A DNA stretch of 64,000 nt, taken from contig OZ199839.1 in the NCBI GenBank assembly GCA_964304625.1, forward strand, positions 10,400,986 to 10,464,985, in the 5' to 3' direction. The notes under the pieces were generated by a model. That model did no database searches and was not told the DNA's origin. It saw only the letters and a program-made list of their open reading frames with translations. This DNA is from Kudoa neothunni. Lineage: Eukaryota > Animalia > Cnidaria. Both the position numbers and the translations under genes were made by a program. Shown here in pieces: positions 1 through 14,300 of this stretch. How positions within the stretch are numbered: the stretch's first letter is position 1; every line of letters begins with the position of its first letter.

Positions 1-2799
1 TATCAATGCGTTTTTCTTTAATGAATTCAACAATTATTTTTATTATTAATATTTTAATACAGGAGGAAATAATAAAAATAAGATAGGTATACACTTGAAT
101 TTTTCTGATTACTTCAAGTAATATTGTAATTTTGTTCTCGATAATTTCCATTATGATGAATTAAAAGTTTTATCATTGACGTCTATACAACAAATATACG
201 GTATAAAATTTATTTTCTAGTGTATTTTCCTGAATTTAATTATTTCAACAATATTTTATATAGGGTTTTCTTTGTATTAAAACTAAAAACGTTATCTATT
301 ACAGGAGAATTCTTTTTAAAGGATAATATTTAACAAAAATGTATGCAAAATCATTTTTTTTGAAAAAAAGTCGACTCAAAAAAATTTTAAAACTAGAAAA
401 ATTATCAACACGTTCATAAGTATAATTTAAAGGTTTACAAAAAGTTGTGCATATAAACGAATAAGATGTATTTTGTATAATACTCGAAAAATTTATTATT
501 AAATAGTTTCATTGATTATAAATTTTGATTGATGATAACAAATAATTTTGTAGTTTAAAAACGTAGAGAAAATTGAGAACATTTAGATTTATTGACTCGA
601 TAACAGTTGTAGCTGTATAGGACAATGTTCTACTAGAAACTCTTAATATTAATAAGCAATTTTTTCTTTCTATATTTAAATTGTAAGTTGCACATAAAGA
701 AAATTAATTCAAGGTGGTGACGTTGAGCACCATACATTTATTCATTACCCATATATTTCCATTAGAAAATGATTTGTCATGAAAATTTAAAATTGGAACG
801 TAATAATAGGCTCAGCGACTGGGAATTATATAATTTCTTCGCCTTAGATATTGCAGTTGATATTATGCACGTAATATGGGGTGTTGCAAGTTGCCGCCCC
901 TGTTGTAGTCGGGTTGTCGGTTGTTATTTTGGATGGCAAATTCATTTGAAAATCAACCTCGAGTTTTCCGATAATTAGATAATAGCATTGTCTAATTATT
1001 ATCTATATATTTGAGGAATTTCTTGTTTATTATCGCTTTTTTTCTTAGAAATGATGACTATGAATTGCTTGTATTTTTTTCTATCTGGCTAAAGATTTTT
1101 ACATTTGGGGTGGCTATTTTTATTTGTTACTGAGTAAAAATCACATAAAACAAATTTTTTTATCCAGGTGAGCGAATTAAGTTGAAAAATCTCTGAGGTT
1201 AATTTGTTGAAAGTTATTAAAGAAAATAGTGCTGCATATGTATTAAGCAGATAAAACAATCATTAGAAGTTATATCTCTACATTTAACTATTGGTAGTTT
1301 CATTAACACTAAAAAGTATAATATAAAGGAAATAATTTGTTATGATGAAACTACCTTCTTTGATTTAATTATCACTTTTAGTTGGAATGTTGAAACAATT
1401 ATGAATAGAGTATTCTGCTGATTATATCTACCAAATAAATAGCTTAGTTCTTTAGAACCAGAAACCATATATCGTAAAATTTAACTTTTCAACATTCTAT
1501 AGATAGTTAAGGGAAAGTTTTTTGAAACAAGATAATAATATCATCAAATATCCAAAAAAGCATTACAATATTAAAAAGTGATGTAAATATATTAGTTTTC
1601 TCAGATTGTTCAATGTAAGTGAATGTTTATCGCCTTAATTACATCCAAAGGGCGAAAACAAACATTTTAATATGCATGCGTACAACGAACTAATTCGGCC
1701 ATGTTGATTATGTTATTTTTATTATTGATGCATATGATTCCATATTTAATATTCTATTTTATATCTCTTTGCCTCTTGTAGTCATTTTTACAGGCCATAA
1801 CACTCACTCGCGTAAAGCAACCTTTATGCATTCTAATTCTAAAATTTAAGTTTGATTAATGATTTGGACGCGTTATCATTATTTCTCCTTAGCGATTGCG
1901 TACTATTTATTTAAGAAATTTATAAAAATAAGTATGTCACAATTTTTAAAACCATGAGGTGTTCAATTGTAGCAAATATTTAACGTTACTACCAACAAAA
2001 ATTCTTTGATGAAACACAGACATTCCTACCAGAAATCGATCAATAAATACCACATAATTATAATTTATAATTTTGGGTATAATTATCGGTCGAGCTATAA
2101 TCTTTAATCGTTAAATGTGGTCAATATTCTGTACTTTTACTGTTTTACGCATTTATCCCCTTACCCTGAAGGGATTACGTAACACTGGTTACCAGCTGTA
2201 ACTACATGAGAATTTTAAGATAAAATACAATTGAACAATATAGATTATCTCTAAGATTAAAACTTTAAAAATTAATTAAATAATTTCTTTAAATTTTACT
2301 CTGATTTTGTTGAGGTTCGATATCCAGATGAGTTAATCACATTGAATCATGCGCAATCACCAACCAGTGGTTTTTGGGTAAGTGATATAATTATGTGTAT
2401 TGAAATATCTCAAGTTTACTCGAATCATTCTTATTATATCATTGAAATCTCATCTTTATTTTTTATAAATTGAAATTGTATTACTATGTATGCAGTAAGG
2501 TAAATGAAACAACACGTCTACACCTTTATTGCGTAATCAATAATCCGACGACTGGATTATACAATATTCACGTTGAAATTGTCATTTTATGCTCTTTTTG
2601 TCATATACAGTGATCATAAGACTAAAACCGCAATTAAGTTTTTAATAATTATTAATTTCAAAGTTTCGATTGGATTGTCTAATATCATTACGAAATCGGT
2701 ATAGATTAAACTTGAAAGTCGTAATCACGAACGTTCAGAGTGTGGCTGTCGTATTTTTTACGTTGAATAACATTTTCTACCTAATTTGGATCTATTCGA

Positions 2800-5700
2800 A
2801 TGTCAGAAACAGAAAAGGTTCCATCAACCGATCCATCCCCATCAACACTTGTTGAAGGGCTCCCTGCCAAACAACATTCTCCGGGAAACCACGATTCTTC
2901 ACCTAGTCAACATTTGAATGATCCTATGTATCATCCAAGAGAAATAACACTGAAAACTAAAGATGGATCGTTTGGATTCCATCTTAAGGGGCCCCTAAAA
3001 AGTGGAAATCCTATGCGATTTTTAAATGGACGATTATACCCACCATTACATTACATTTATTCGATGGATCAATATAGTAGTGCGATAAAATCTGGCCTGA
3101 AGATCTATGACGCAATTCTTGAAATGTATAGCTTGAGTGTGTTGTTGGCGGTATGACATTTTTTATCTAGAAATGAGGTCGATGTCGGTGGACTAAGCTA
3201 TAATAGTGTACAGGAGTTGATTAACGAATGTGAAAAGAATCAGACAATTCAACTAAAAGTTATGTACCCTGATAATATAAATACTTTGAAAGAGTTCAGT
3301 GAAGTTCCATCGAACCAGTATGATTTTGGAAATTGTGTTGCAAGTATGAAACACCTAATGAAATCTTTACCTCCGAACAAAAGTACGAGCACATCTCTTA
3401 TGTAATTTACACCCATATTTACAGTTTCTTTTTAATTAACAGCATCTGCCACCTCTCAAAGTATTGAAATGTTAAATAAATCGGATTTGATTTCGCCATT
3501 GAACAAAGACCAACACATTGGATGTATATTTACAATCTTAATAATGCTGTTAACTCAACCTAGCTACCATTCCCTCGAATTATCACATCTATCCACATTC
3601 ACCAAAAATCGATTCCAATCATTATAGCGATGACAATCTACTTAATATAATCTGTATTCCTGTTGTTCGGTTTATAAAATGCTTCGGAAAAGAATGTGCT
3701 GTATTTGAACTGGTTTCTTGAGAGTCACTGACTTGCAATTAGTTTTACGACATTTATCAAGGTGAACACTTTCTTGTCTCACGACGATTTAACGATTTTA
3801 AATCTTATGATAAACATGTATTCACATTGTAAATTGATAGAATTTGTTATAATTTTTTTTGGCTCAACAACTAGATGAGATCGCTTGTTGATGATTTCCC
3901 TGATCTTCCAAGTGGCTGGTCCATTTTTATGGATAACAATCAGATCGATACAAGACGAGTAGAATTGGAGAGCTATTTGAAAAAAGGTTTCTTATTTTTT
4001 CATTTTAATCAATATTTTTCGTTTATCAATGCAAACTAACAGTCTTGTCTTGTGTTGTGTTTTTAAAGATTATAATTGTGCTTAGGTGGATTAATCTCCT
4101 GTTGAAACATATTCGTTAAATGAGCTTATAACTGTATAATTATATCTTTCATAATAAGTAAGTATGATATATTTTAAAGTTTTTATTCAATGTATTCGGC
4201 ATATTTAATTATTTTATTACTTAAAGTATGTGTAAAGTTTTTATTGAAAATTAATTGGTGTTGTTATTATTTTTTATAACAAATGAAAAAATAAATAAAA
4301 TAACTTAATTTATGAGTAATTTAAATGATTAAAATAATTTAAGAGAACCAATCGGCAGCTTAGTTATACTTCTTGGAAAAGTGTTGTTATAAATAGAGAC
4401 GTTAACTTTAAAAATCGGTAGTATGATTAAAAATCTTAACAAAAGATAAATAAATAAAATGGCAATAATGTAAAATATGACACACGTGATAATTTTAAGA
4501 GCAATTCATAAAATGTAAGAATTAAATACATTTTTGTTAATTCAAAACCAAATTCTTATTTATTGCTAGCGCGTGTGAATATTTTATCTTATATTTCTTA
4601 TTAAAATGTTATTTTTCATTATAATAACAATTTTCTGCATACATTAAACCCAAAAAATCTTGGATCCTTTTTATCCTAAAGCCTGTTGGAGGGTTAAATT
4701 TAGCACAATCTAAAAAATTAAATCTTCAGAAAGTTTTTCAGTAAAAATTTCTTGGGTTAAAAATTGTCATTAGGCGGGAGCATATAACTTAGCATTAGAA
4801 TTTATCGTGGAAATGCCCCCATCCTTAGCTAGCCCAGTGTAAACCCTCAAAGCAGATTTCCCAACGTGGGCGTGAAAAAATTTTTGTGGGACGTGGAAAA
4901 TTCTAAGTATTGTTATGGAATGGATAATGGTGGGATAATTGGGCATTATGATGTACTTTGATGTCAGTATCGCTTATTTTTAAGTGACGATTAACATCTT
5001 AAAAAACACAAAAAGCAATTCCTTATTATAAAAAAACGAATAATAATATTTAACATGTCCTTTACCCGAATAGAATCATAATCGTTTAATCATTTTTTTG
5101 ATTAAACCTGATATAATGTTGATTAATTTTTTATTTTTACCCTTTATTTTCCGTTTATTAGTCCCGTATCCGTATACATGAAAGTCTTTCCTAATGAACG
5201 TTGTATTATCAGGGGTTTTATTTGACGCTGTTTTTGACAGAATGAAGAATTAAAGATATTAATTTTTAAGGTCCGTCGTTAAACTAAGTTAGATCTAATC
5301 GAATATATTTGAATGAAAAAAGTATATATATTAATTGCTTTTAAATTTCAAGGTTATAAGGAGCTTTATTCAATGTTATAAAACGGTTCAAGTTAAAAAA
5401 ATCAATACTTTTGAAAAAACTGTTGACAATCCCTACTCTAGAGGTTTTGAGATTTAAAAGATTCAAATAATTATTAGAGGCTGGTGTTTTTAGGTGGTTA
5501 ATAACAAATGATATATTTGCGAAAGTGGTAAAGACTCTCATTTCTAATATGTGGCGTATCAAAGTTTTTTGAGCCATTTAGACATAAAAATAAATATTTT
5601 AAACTTGTAGAAACGCTAAAATAAATTCACGTAATTTCTCTAAATTATTTGGGAATAGGAATTGGCTAGGATTAGTTGGAATTCGTATTGACTTAATGAA

Positions 5701-8700
5701 TTTTTTATTTTAAATAACTATTTTTACAAATATGAGAACTTGATCAAGATATTACACCTATTTTTACCCTCTAAAGCTTATTTTAACGAGAAGGGAAGAA
5801 ATTTGGTTGTAAAACTAATATTATTCTGTATAAATCTAATTAATTGTTTTGATATGAATTTTGCATATTCTGAGGTTTTTGGAGCCAAAAATGATTATAA
5901 TGTAAAAATTTCCTACTAATAAGATTGGAAGCTATAAGCACAATTTACACTGTCTTTAGATTGCTTATAGTCGGAGAAAATCATTTCTATATAGCAATTA
6001 TTGTTATTATCAAGCTGTGTATTCTATTTAATTGATAATGGCTTGATTTCTTTAAGTAAAATTATTCTTATTACAATATTTTATTGCTCTCAGTAGTCAT
6101 GATACAAATAATCATTTTTTCAAGGATAAGAAAAATTTTTGTTAATCACTATCTAACGAGTTTTTTAATTGCGCCAAATAGAGAAATCTGTAATAACTTC
6201 CCATAGAAAATCCACTTGCTCATACTTAACTGGATATAATGCAAATGGACATAAAAGGATTATACAATCGAACCTCGATTATCCGGAATCTCGGGAACTG
6301 GAACTACTATATAATTTTAATTCCGAATAAAAAATACCACATGTCACCGTGCGACATATAAAATGTAGCATATATACCGATGCAAAATTTAAAACAAAAA
6401 TATTTCTAGGTTAATTAATTATAAATCGTTCTTTTAAAACTTAAGTTAAGCATTCAGTTCTCATATAAATTTGTGCTACATCTGAACATATACATTTACG
6501 TATATTTAACAAACGTTAATTATCGATTATTTAAAAAGAAAGATTAACCCTCTGTAGACGTGTTTTTCTTCTATAATTATATACTGTTTTTTCTTTATAT
6601 CTCCATCTGCTTAGTTAATAGATATGCCAATAATTTTAATTTAAGTTACAGAAGTTAAACCATTTTTCTTAATAAATAGTAAAAGTTGTTTATAAAACTG
6701 GTTAAAAATCGTTTAAGTAGAAATTAAAAAAATGAGTGCGCACATCAAGTTTTATATGTTCGATTATATATATTAGATGTCATAAACAAAATTAATTGCC
6801 AACTTCGTTGTTTTAAATAAATTTTTCCCGCCGATAAGTTTAGGTTAGAAAATGGAATCGAAATATTTTGTTATTGTTAAAATATCACTGTAATATACAT
6901 TAAATTTTATTATTATTATTATTAATTAAATTTAATAAAAAATAAACTTTTATTATCGTTTATAACGTGAACTGGTAATATACTTATGCCAAATAAATAG
7001 AAAGTGGGAAAAATAATAACTGGCATAATATCGAAAGTTTAATATATATTGCCAACAGTACAACGACATGAATGTTATGTTCCAAGTAATATCCTCGTTT
7101 TAAATCTAATGGATGTCAATTTAAATCGTATGACAGTTAATGAACAAGCTTTCCTTAATTTTCAAACATGGATTTGATTAATAAATTGTTAGTTATTTAT
7201 AATTTTGCCAGAGTTCTTTAAATTAAATGTTCATTTTATTATTTTGCAACAATTTTAATAAAATTTTTTCGGAATTAAAGTTCATTTGAGGGAGTATTTT
7301 TAACTGATTAATTAAGTTTATAAGATTTTTCAATTTAAACAGATTTTAACGGCTGATAATAACCTAGGCCTTGTTTTTTATGTGATAATACAATACTTTC
7401 TAACTTGTACTAAAGCTGTTTTGCTTTAAATTAAAATTAGTGAATGAATTGATGATTCTTGTGTTGAGTTTATGTTAATTTATTTTGTTAGTTGCAAGCT
7501 CGCTCATCCTACTAAAATTGGCACCAACGCGATTGTTCCTCGGACTTGGTACCGCCAAATATAACGTATTTATTACTATTACTCATATTAGTCAATTTAT
7601 GAGAGTGGAATATTATGCTAACGTTCGACTCCAATTACTAGGATCGAATTCTTTCTTTGTGTGATCCTTCAAAAGAAACATCTAGTAACGAATCGGAATC
7701 TAGTGATGATTATGAATCAATATCTGAGCAAGACAAACTACGTCCAGCGTCTTCATCTCTCCCCATCGCTAATAATGCCATGGATGCTATCTTTAGTTCT
7801 TGTGACTCGTTGAGTTTGCCTACTTTCGAAGAGTGCAACAAAAAATCCACAAAATTCCTCATATCAATAGTTCTACCAGATTACAGCCTGCGTTTGCCAC
7901 TTATAGTGTACGAACAACAAACTGTGCTTAGTGTATTGAAGGTGGGAAAATCATAATTGTGGAAGTCGTAATTTCTCTTTTAGGCTCTCTGCAGAGAATT
8001 TAATTTCCCCATGGAAACCATCAAACACTTTGCTTTATTTCATTGTCCAACAACTTATCACGGAGGTATGTTGCAATTACGTTTCTCTTTATGCCCATTT
8101 TTAATGGGAAGAGTTTGTTGTCGCGGTAAATGATGTTACTTCTTAAATTCTTCAAATCAGTTTTGTGATATTTTTAAGAACAGTTATTTTCAGCCTGCTT
8201 GTTAAACATAATAAAATAACGTTCCCTACCTAACTAGTTCCAGTTAGGGTCGAAAAATTTACAAGAATAAAATTTTATAATTTTTTATTTCCATTTTAAT
8301 TATATAATTTACTCTTTAGTCGTTTTCTACATTCCTGATTTATTATCGTTGTTAGATATGCTAATAGCAACATCTCATTAGACATTTGAATCGTTATTAT
8401 TTCAACGATTATAAAATAAGAATTTTTTTCTCATAAATCTGTATAGTAAATATTACCAAATTAAATAAACATGAATGTTGTGATAATATTTTAGTTTCAT
8501 TTTTTTGTTAAAAATTAATTTAATGTATAATTGTGTTAATTGATCTTATCACTCAAAATATTTACCTACAATTAATATTGAATGAATGATTAGTTGCAAT
8601 ATGAAACTTATGCTTAGCCCAGAGGTGCACAAACTTTTGGAGCTTCGGACCAAATTTTAATCTTCGAAAACTTCCAGAGACCAGAAAGTTTAAAACTAAA

Positions 8701-11337
8701 GTTATGGCTCATACATTGGATAAATTGACAAATTTGAAACACAATATTCAAAATAATTTACAAATAATAAGTTTAATAAATGTTTTAAATTGAATAACGA
8801 ATAACATAGAAAACAAATAATATTCGTCCCCTATTGAATAAAACAATATTTTTCTGTCTAGGCGTCATTAAATTTTCTATTATTATCGTCAACTTCTTCT
8901 CGAATTTCAGTCATCTTAATTTGGAAATAAAATAAAAATTAGCTGAATTAAATATGAGATACACCTTGGGTGAGCAAAATGGTTGTATGCGCACAATATA
9001 AATACCTTATTATTTCGCATCGTTTATAAAACGTACTTTAATTATTATTCTTATTTTAACTGAACTCTAACTAAAGGTCAGTATTGCAAAGCGAATTTTT
9101 AAATTGTAAATACGCTCAGTATCTATATGATTTTCTTCTCCTCCATACACACTCAAGAAGAATTAATTAAAATTGGTACATGAAATTTGATTAAAAAACG
9201 TTTTTTTCCATATCACATGGTGAAGTTGCTAATAGCAAGAAATCTGTTTGTCTATTTAGAGGAGTTTTTTTTGATGTTTCGTTCCTAATGGTTCGTACAT
9301 ATTAAAAAAACTCAAATAAACTTTCTTAGTAGCTTCATTAGGTGTTTCCAATATATTCACCATCGAGAAAAAACCATTGGAAGTTAAATAATCAAACGCT
9401 TTTTTCATTTAATTTAAAAAATATACCATTAATCTGAACTTAATTGGGGTTCATCAGGGACTACAAAAAAGTTCATTGGGGGATGGAGTTTGTGCACCCC
9501 TGGTTTAGCCTAAATATTTTATAAATTTTTAGTTTGGTTTCGGTATATTTTATTCATGATTTATTGGAATAATCTTACGATGATTTCGGTAATTAAAATG
9601 CAAATTAAATTGATTTTTGAGTAATAAAAAACTCTTTCATTATAAAATTTTCATTGATATCGATTAAATTGATGAAATTTCCGCATGTACATGCAAAATT
9701 GATTGCTGTTTAGGCATAACGTGCTCGTAGATTTTTCATACTTTGTACAATAAATATGAAATTGAAAGTTTGTCCACAAATATATTCCTTATACTTATTT
9801 AATTATTTAATAATGCATGATAAAATAGATTTAAGAAAGAATAATAGAAAAAGTCATTCAATTGCTGTAATAATTAACAATTAATATTTATTTAACGCTA
9901 AAATTCGGATTAAAGGAGGTTAGAATTTGTCCATATTAAGCACCTACATTAAATTCAATTCTGAAAATTTACTTTTAGTTAACTCTTTTGTTTCGCTTTA
10001 AATTGCAAAATTTATTCCATCTTAATAAAAAATGTCGACTAAATAATATATGTATCAAAATTGAAAATTTATTCTAATTTATTGAGATAGATTATTTGTA
10101 AAGATAATTTTTCAATAATTTTGAATAATGAAAGAACGGAAGGAACAATCACGGTTCGTCTTAATTTAGGTTAGACTCTTGCATTTGTTGACACTTAATT
10201 TTTCTTATAAAATAAAAAAATTAATTTTTGCATTTACATTTTCTCAAGAGTTTATTTGCATTAAAAACCGCAGGATAAAATCAACTAAATGCGCATGCAT
10301 TATTTTATATAAAATAAAATAATAAAGAATTTTATTAAGAATAAACTTTACCGTGACAATGACTGTGTTGATTATGCAATAATTATCCTTTTAAAATTAG
10401 GTGTTATTTTAAGAAAGAATTGTATTCCATTCCAGATATTTCTGCAGGATTATATTCACTATCACCACTATTCGCTGTGTATTAAACGATGGCGACTTGA
10501 AACTGAAAATGTATATTTTGTGATCGGCTCAGGCTCAACAAATTTTTTTAGGAAAATATATTTCTAAAAACACCGATTCTTGTAAATATTTTGTACTCTC
10601 AAGTAAATTTTTTATTTGTTGTTGTTGAAATTATCAATATTAATTCAACATTTATTCCAAGTTGTGTTTTGACATAAAATATGGAAATATGGATGAACGA
10701 GAAAGTGCGTTTGTTGTAAAACCTAATTCGCCTGATCTGCCAACAAAAGTCAAGGTGATTAATGATTAATACCTTGAGGATCCAAAATCATTGTGTACGA
10801 TGGAGCGAGCTGACTTTCTATTATAGATTTTAAAAACCGCCCGCAACTTTTCATCATACGCAACTTTCCGAATTAATATAGATAGTTTCAGCATGAACGA
10901 CATGCTCTACAAAAATTGTGTAATTATTCTGTCACCGTTTTCCGCTCGTATTTGTTTGGATTCTGAAACCGACCGAGTATTTTTTTGCAAAAAATCACTC
11001 GATTTATTCTTCTAATAGACAACTATATTCAGCTTTAATATAAGTGATGTTGGAAAACCGAAAATTATAGAAACCGACAACTCAACTCAACAATCTTTAC
11101 AACTTGATATCAACGATGTCAATCAATACAGTGTGGTGCTTGTATCATCAAATGTATTAACCATTTATTATTGTTTAATTGAAATAAATTAATCCATTAT
11201 TTTGGTGCATATGAGTTTGTTTGTTTGTTTATTTATTAATATTATATATTGTATAGTTGGGATATTTACTGAGATGCCTGAAAAAAGTTTTCAAAACCAG
11301 AGAACGCATGTCAGTTGTGTGTAATTCAAATTTCTAG
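2800..11337 (+). CDS. SNX27: Sorting nexin-27-like (PDZ-PX-RA/FERM), multi-exon
   Basis: Manual splicing gives PDZ 'SFGFHLKG...MRFLNGRLYPPLHYI' (SNX27 LRSINGELYAPLQHV hairpin) and PX 'FYDIYQGEHFLVSRRFNDF...FPDLPSGWSIFMDNNQIDTRRVELESYLKK'. RA/FERM 'ISIVLPD...HFALF' lies at 7860-8065 and FERM exons at 10401-11337. The first intron is 3126-3170; long introns are ~3987-7491 and ~8066-10400. Stop TAG at 11335-11337. Confidence 0.88.
6264..6300 (+). mobile_element. Solo pogo/Tigger-like terminal inverted repeat
   Basis: TA-CAATCGAACCTCGATTATCCG resembles the TA-CAGTCGAAC class of Tigger TIRs (compare 21143); partner end not located. Confidence 0.4.
8620..9502. mobile_element. Non-autonomous hAT (Charlie-like) DNA transposon within an SNX27 intron
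   Basis: TIRs CAGAGGTGCACAAACT (8620) and AGTTTGTGCACCCCTG (ends 9502); 8-bp TSD GCTTAGCC/GTTTAGCC (7/8 match). Confidence 0.85.
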
Positions 11338-14300
11338 CAATCAAATTTAGTTGCGATCAGCACCACCTAATTTCACATTATTTTTACCTAGCAACACCAA
11401 ACCAACATCCCGTTTAATGTTTGGCAGTAGATTGTTACTCGTTATTTTTATTTGTGTCAAAAATCATGTATATATAATCGAAAAGTTGATTTTTTTAATT
11501 TTTTATTTAGCACAAAAATCAAATTTTCAAACTAATATTCATCCTGCTGTTCAAGAATCCAATCAGCCTTCTATATATAACTTAAAATGGGTATAATTAT
11601 AAGTAAATGCTAATTTTTCATTTTTTTCGCCACAGTGTTTTCGTAAGAATTGACTCTCTTGCTTTGAACCGACTATTAATGCCAATTATTGAAATTTAAT
11701 TATTATTGTTGCTTTATTTATCGCATACGATCTTAGACACGGTCGATTATATGTAAATTTTAATGAGGAATGAGTACCGTCTAACCTTCAAAGGTCAGCG
11801 AAAACGACCACCCCCCTCCAAGACTTTTGGGGTCCAGAAAGGTCCCAGTTTTTTATTTGATGAATTAACTTAATAAATATAGATATATCATTTTATTCAG
11901 TTTAAAAAAATTTCTGTCGGCTAAATTTGAAGAAAAGAGCCGAACATTCGTGTGCTTAACCCGTTATAATCTCGTCGGATTGAATCTCACGTAATCGTTG
12001 TATAAAACCGTTGCTGAATAATTTTAAATTTTTGAATAATAAACAATTTAAATGAATCGGTTTAACGATTAATATTTTTTAGTAAACATATTAAATTTAA
12101 TAATCTAAATTATTGTTCAATACTGTATTGTTAATTCGCTCAAATAATGCCACGCATCCCCGCTTTGCCTGCACAAAATATATGTAAACTGATGAGTGTT
12201 TTGATAAATTTCAATCTTCGGGAAGTGAATTTGAAGAAAACTACAAGGAATCATCTGAAAAGTCCATTGAATCAATGGAATGTGGAAATGCTGAAGACCC
12301 AATAATCAGTAAAGTTGGTAATATGTAGAGTTTTAATAAACCGATAACATCAAGAATCGGTGTAACAAGTAAGGGTTATTAAGACGGTTCGGTTTCTGTT
12401 ATTTCAAAAACGGTTTTCGGGTTTGTAAATAATTTTTCCAATTATCAATGTCAATTTTTTTCATGCAAAAAATATGTAAAAATATGATAGATTGAAATCT
12501 CATTTTGGTCGTTCTTTGGTTCAATATGCTCTTTAAAACAAAATTTTGAATTAAATATGATATTACCTTTAATTAATTTTATCATATACAATTATTTTTT
12601 ACCGCATTTAAAAACAATTATAAATCTTTTATGATAAAATGTTTTCAAACACATAACAAAAAATTTCTTGTCTCAAATTTCATAAATAAACACAATTGTT
12701 TCAAGTTTCGAGTTTCGAATTGCTCAATTTTGTTCTCAACGGGGAAATAGCACGGTTGTGGTTGTATAAGGTAAAACATCAATCTGAGTCAATACTCGTA
12801 GGTCTAACGTTAGTAAAAGTTTTACGAATCATTTCAAAATGATCTGACATCACACCGTGATTAATAGAATTTATAATTTCATTAAGTGCGAACAATATTT
12901 TGTTCTTTTATTGGAAAGCCAAACAAAATACAATTCCTGTAATGCTAAATACAATATTTGTTCACTGTAAAAACACATCATTAAAAAATATTTTTTGTCC
13001 TTTTACTATTTTAAAAGCGTATTTAATTATTTAAAAGACTCTATCAATTAATTATAAAAGTTAATTTATATAAATTAAAAAATAAATTTTCGTAATCGGT
13101 TTTAGTTTTGTCAACAACAGAACCGATGTTTACATGTTTACCCCTAGTCATAAGAGCTGGAAAGCACGCTGTCAAATGTATTACTCAGAAAATTTTAGCC
13201 ATACTGAGATAATTGATAATTCCACAAAGGCGATTTTTAAAGTCGTTTATCAGTTACTCTTTGGTTTCTAATAGCATTTACTCGTTATTGTTCATTCAAA
13301 TTGATAATAGTTGATGAGATAAGATAAAAAACTACTACTAGATTACTAGCGTTACCAGTCGTTGCATTAATTTAATTCAAATCACTTATCTCAAAATTTA
13401 CGACGGAATAAATTTTATTTCATCATAAATATGAAATTACAACGAAAATTTATACATAAAATCAATAAGATTTTGAAGTAAATGTTAAATGCTAATTAAA
13501 ATAAAGAAAATTAAATTTTCTCATATCAGCAATAGTAATTAAATGGGTTAATTTTTGACGTTTAATTATTTATGTTAAATTAAACAGAAAATGAGATGAA
13601 TTTAAGCGAAAACCCTGTTTAATCACTCCCCAACTATCATGATTGTGAGAATCGCATGCTCCGAAAAGTATGAAAAATCGGTTGCCTACTGTAACAAATT
13701 TAAGCCCAAATCTTTATTATCAATTCAATACTAAGCGAATACAATAAGAATTAGCTTCCATTGTTAAAATTGCATTTATTTTTTTTAAACTGGGAATCTT
13801 TTAAAGCAGCAGAATACGGAGAAAAAATTTCTACCGAAAAGCCACGAGATCATCTATAAGATTAAAATTATTTAATGGTTCAAAATACCACGGTGTCATA
13901 TTATTTCAAGTAAATATTAAAAATTCCATTGATTTTCGTAACATTTTAGCTTCGCCGGTGGACGGATTTAAAGTGAAAAATATGGTTGTGCAGGGGTACT
14001 ACGCTCCACACATATTTGGATTAAGACTCGTATGCGTAATAACTCTGCGCTATTTAATATGAACGTTTAGCGCACGCGTACATAGTGGAAATTTTGTGGG
14101 TGCGCGACCACTTTTTCTGCGTTTTTTTATTTATTCTCTCGTTGCACTAATAATAACGATAATAGAGAGATGTGAAAAATGTTTGTAATAATTTTGTTAT
14201 TGTTCACAGAGGATTTTGGAAATAAATAAGGTAGTTCAAAACGAAGCTTATTTTATTTTGCAAAAGGAAAAATATAACTTTGTAATGTGTTTCAGCATTT

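Noticed and set aside
700-1200. Possible decayed integrase or transposase (also ~23260, 34740-36010 and 57700-57960)
   Set aside because: Only fragmentary motif hints with many stops and no defined ends; not supportable by eye.
9440-12240. CTGATGA hammerhead-ribozyme cores (minus ~9452, plus ~12189)
   Set aside because: No stem II followed by GAAA and no cleavage-site helix could be built.
12370-13146. Possible hAT-like element with GGTTCGGTT/AACCGA subterminal motifs
   Set aside because: Termini too degenerate and no TSD identified.
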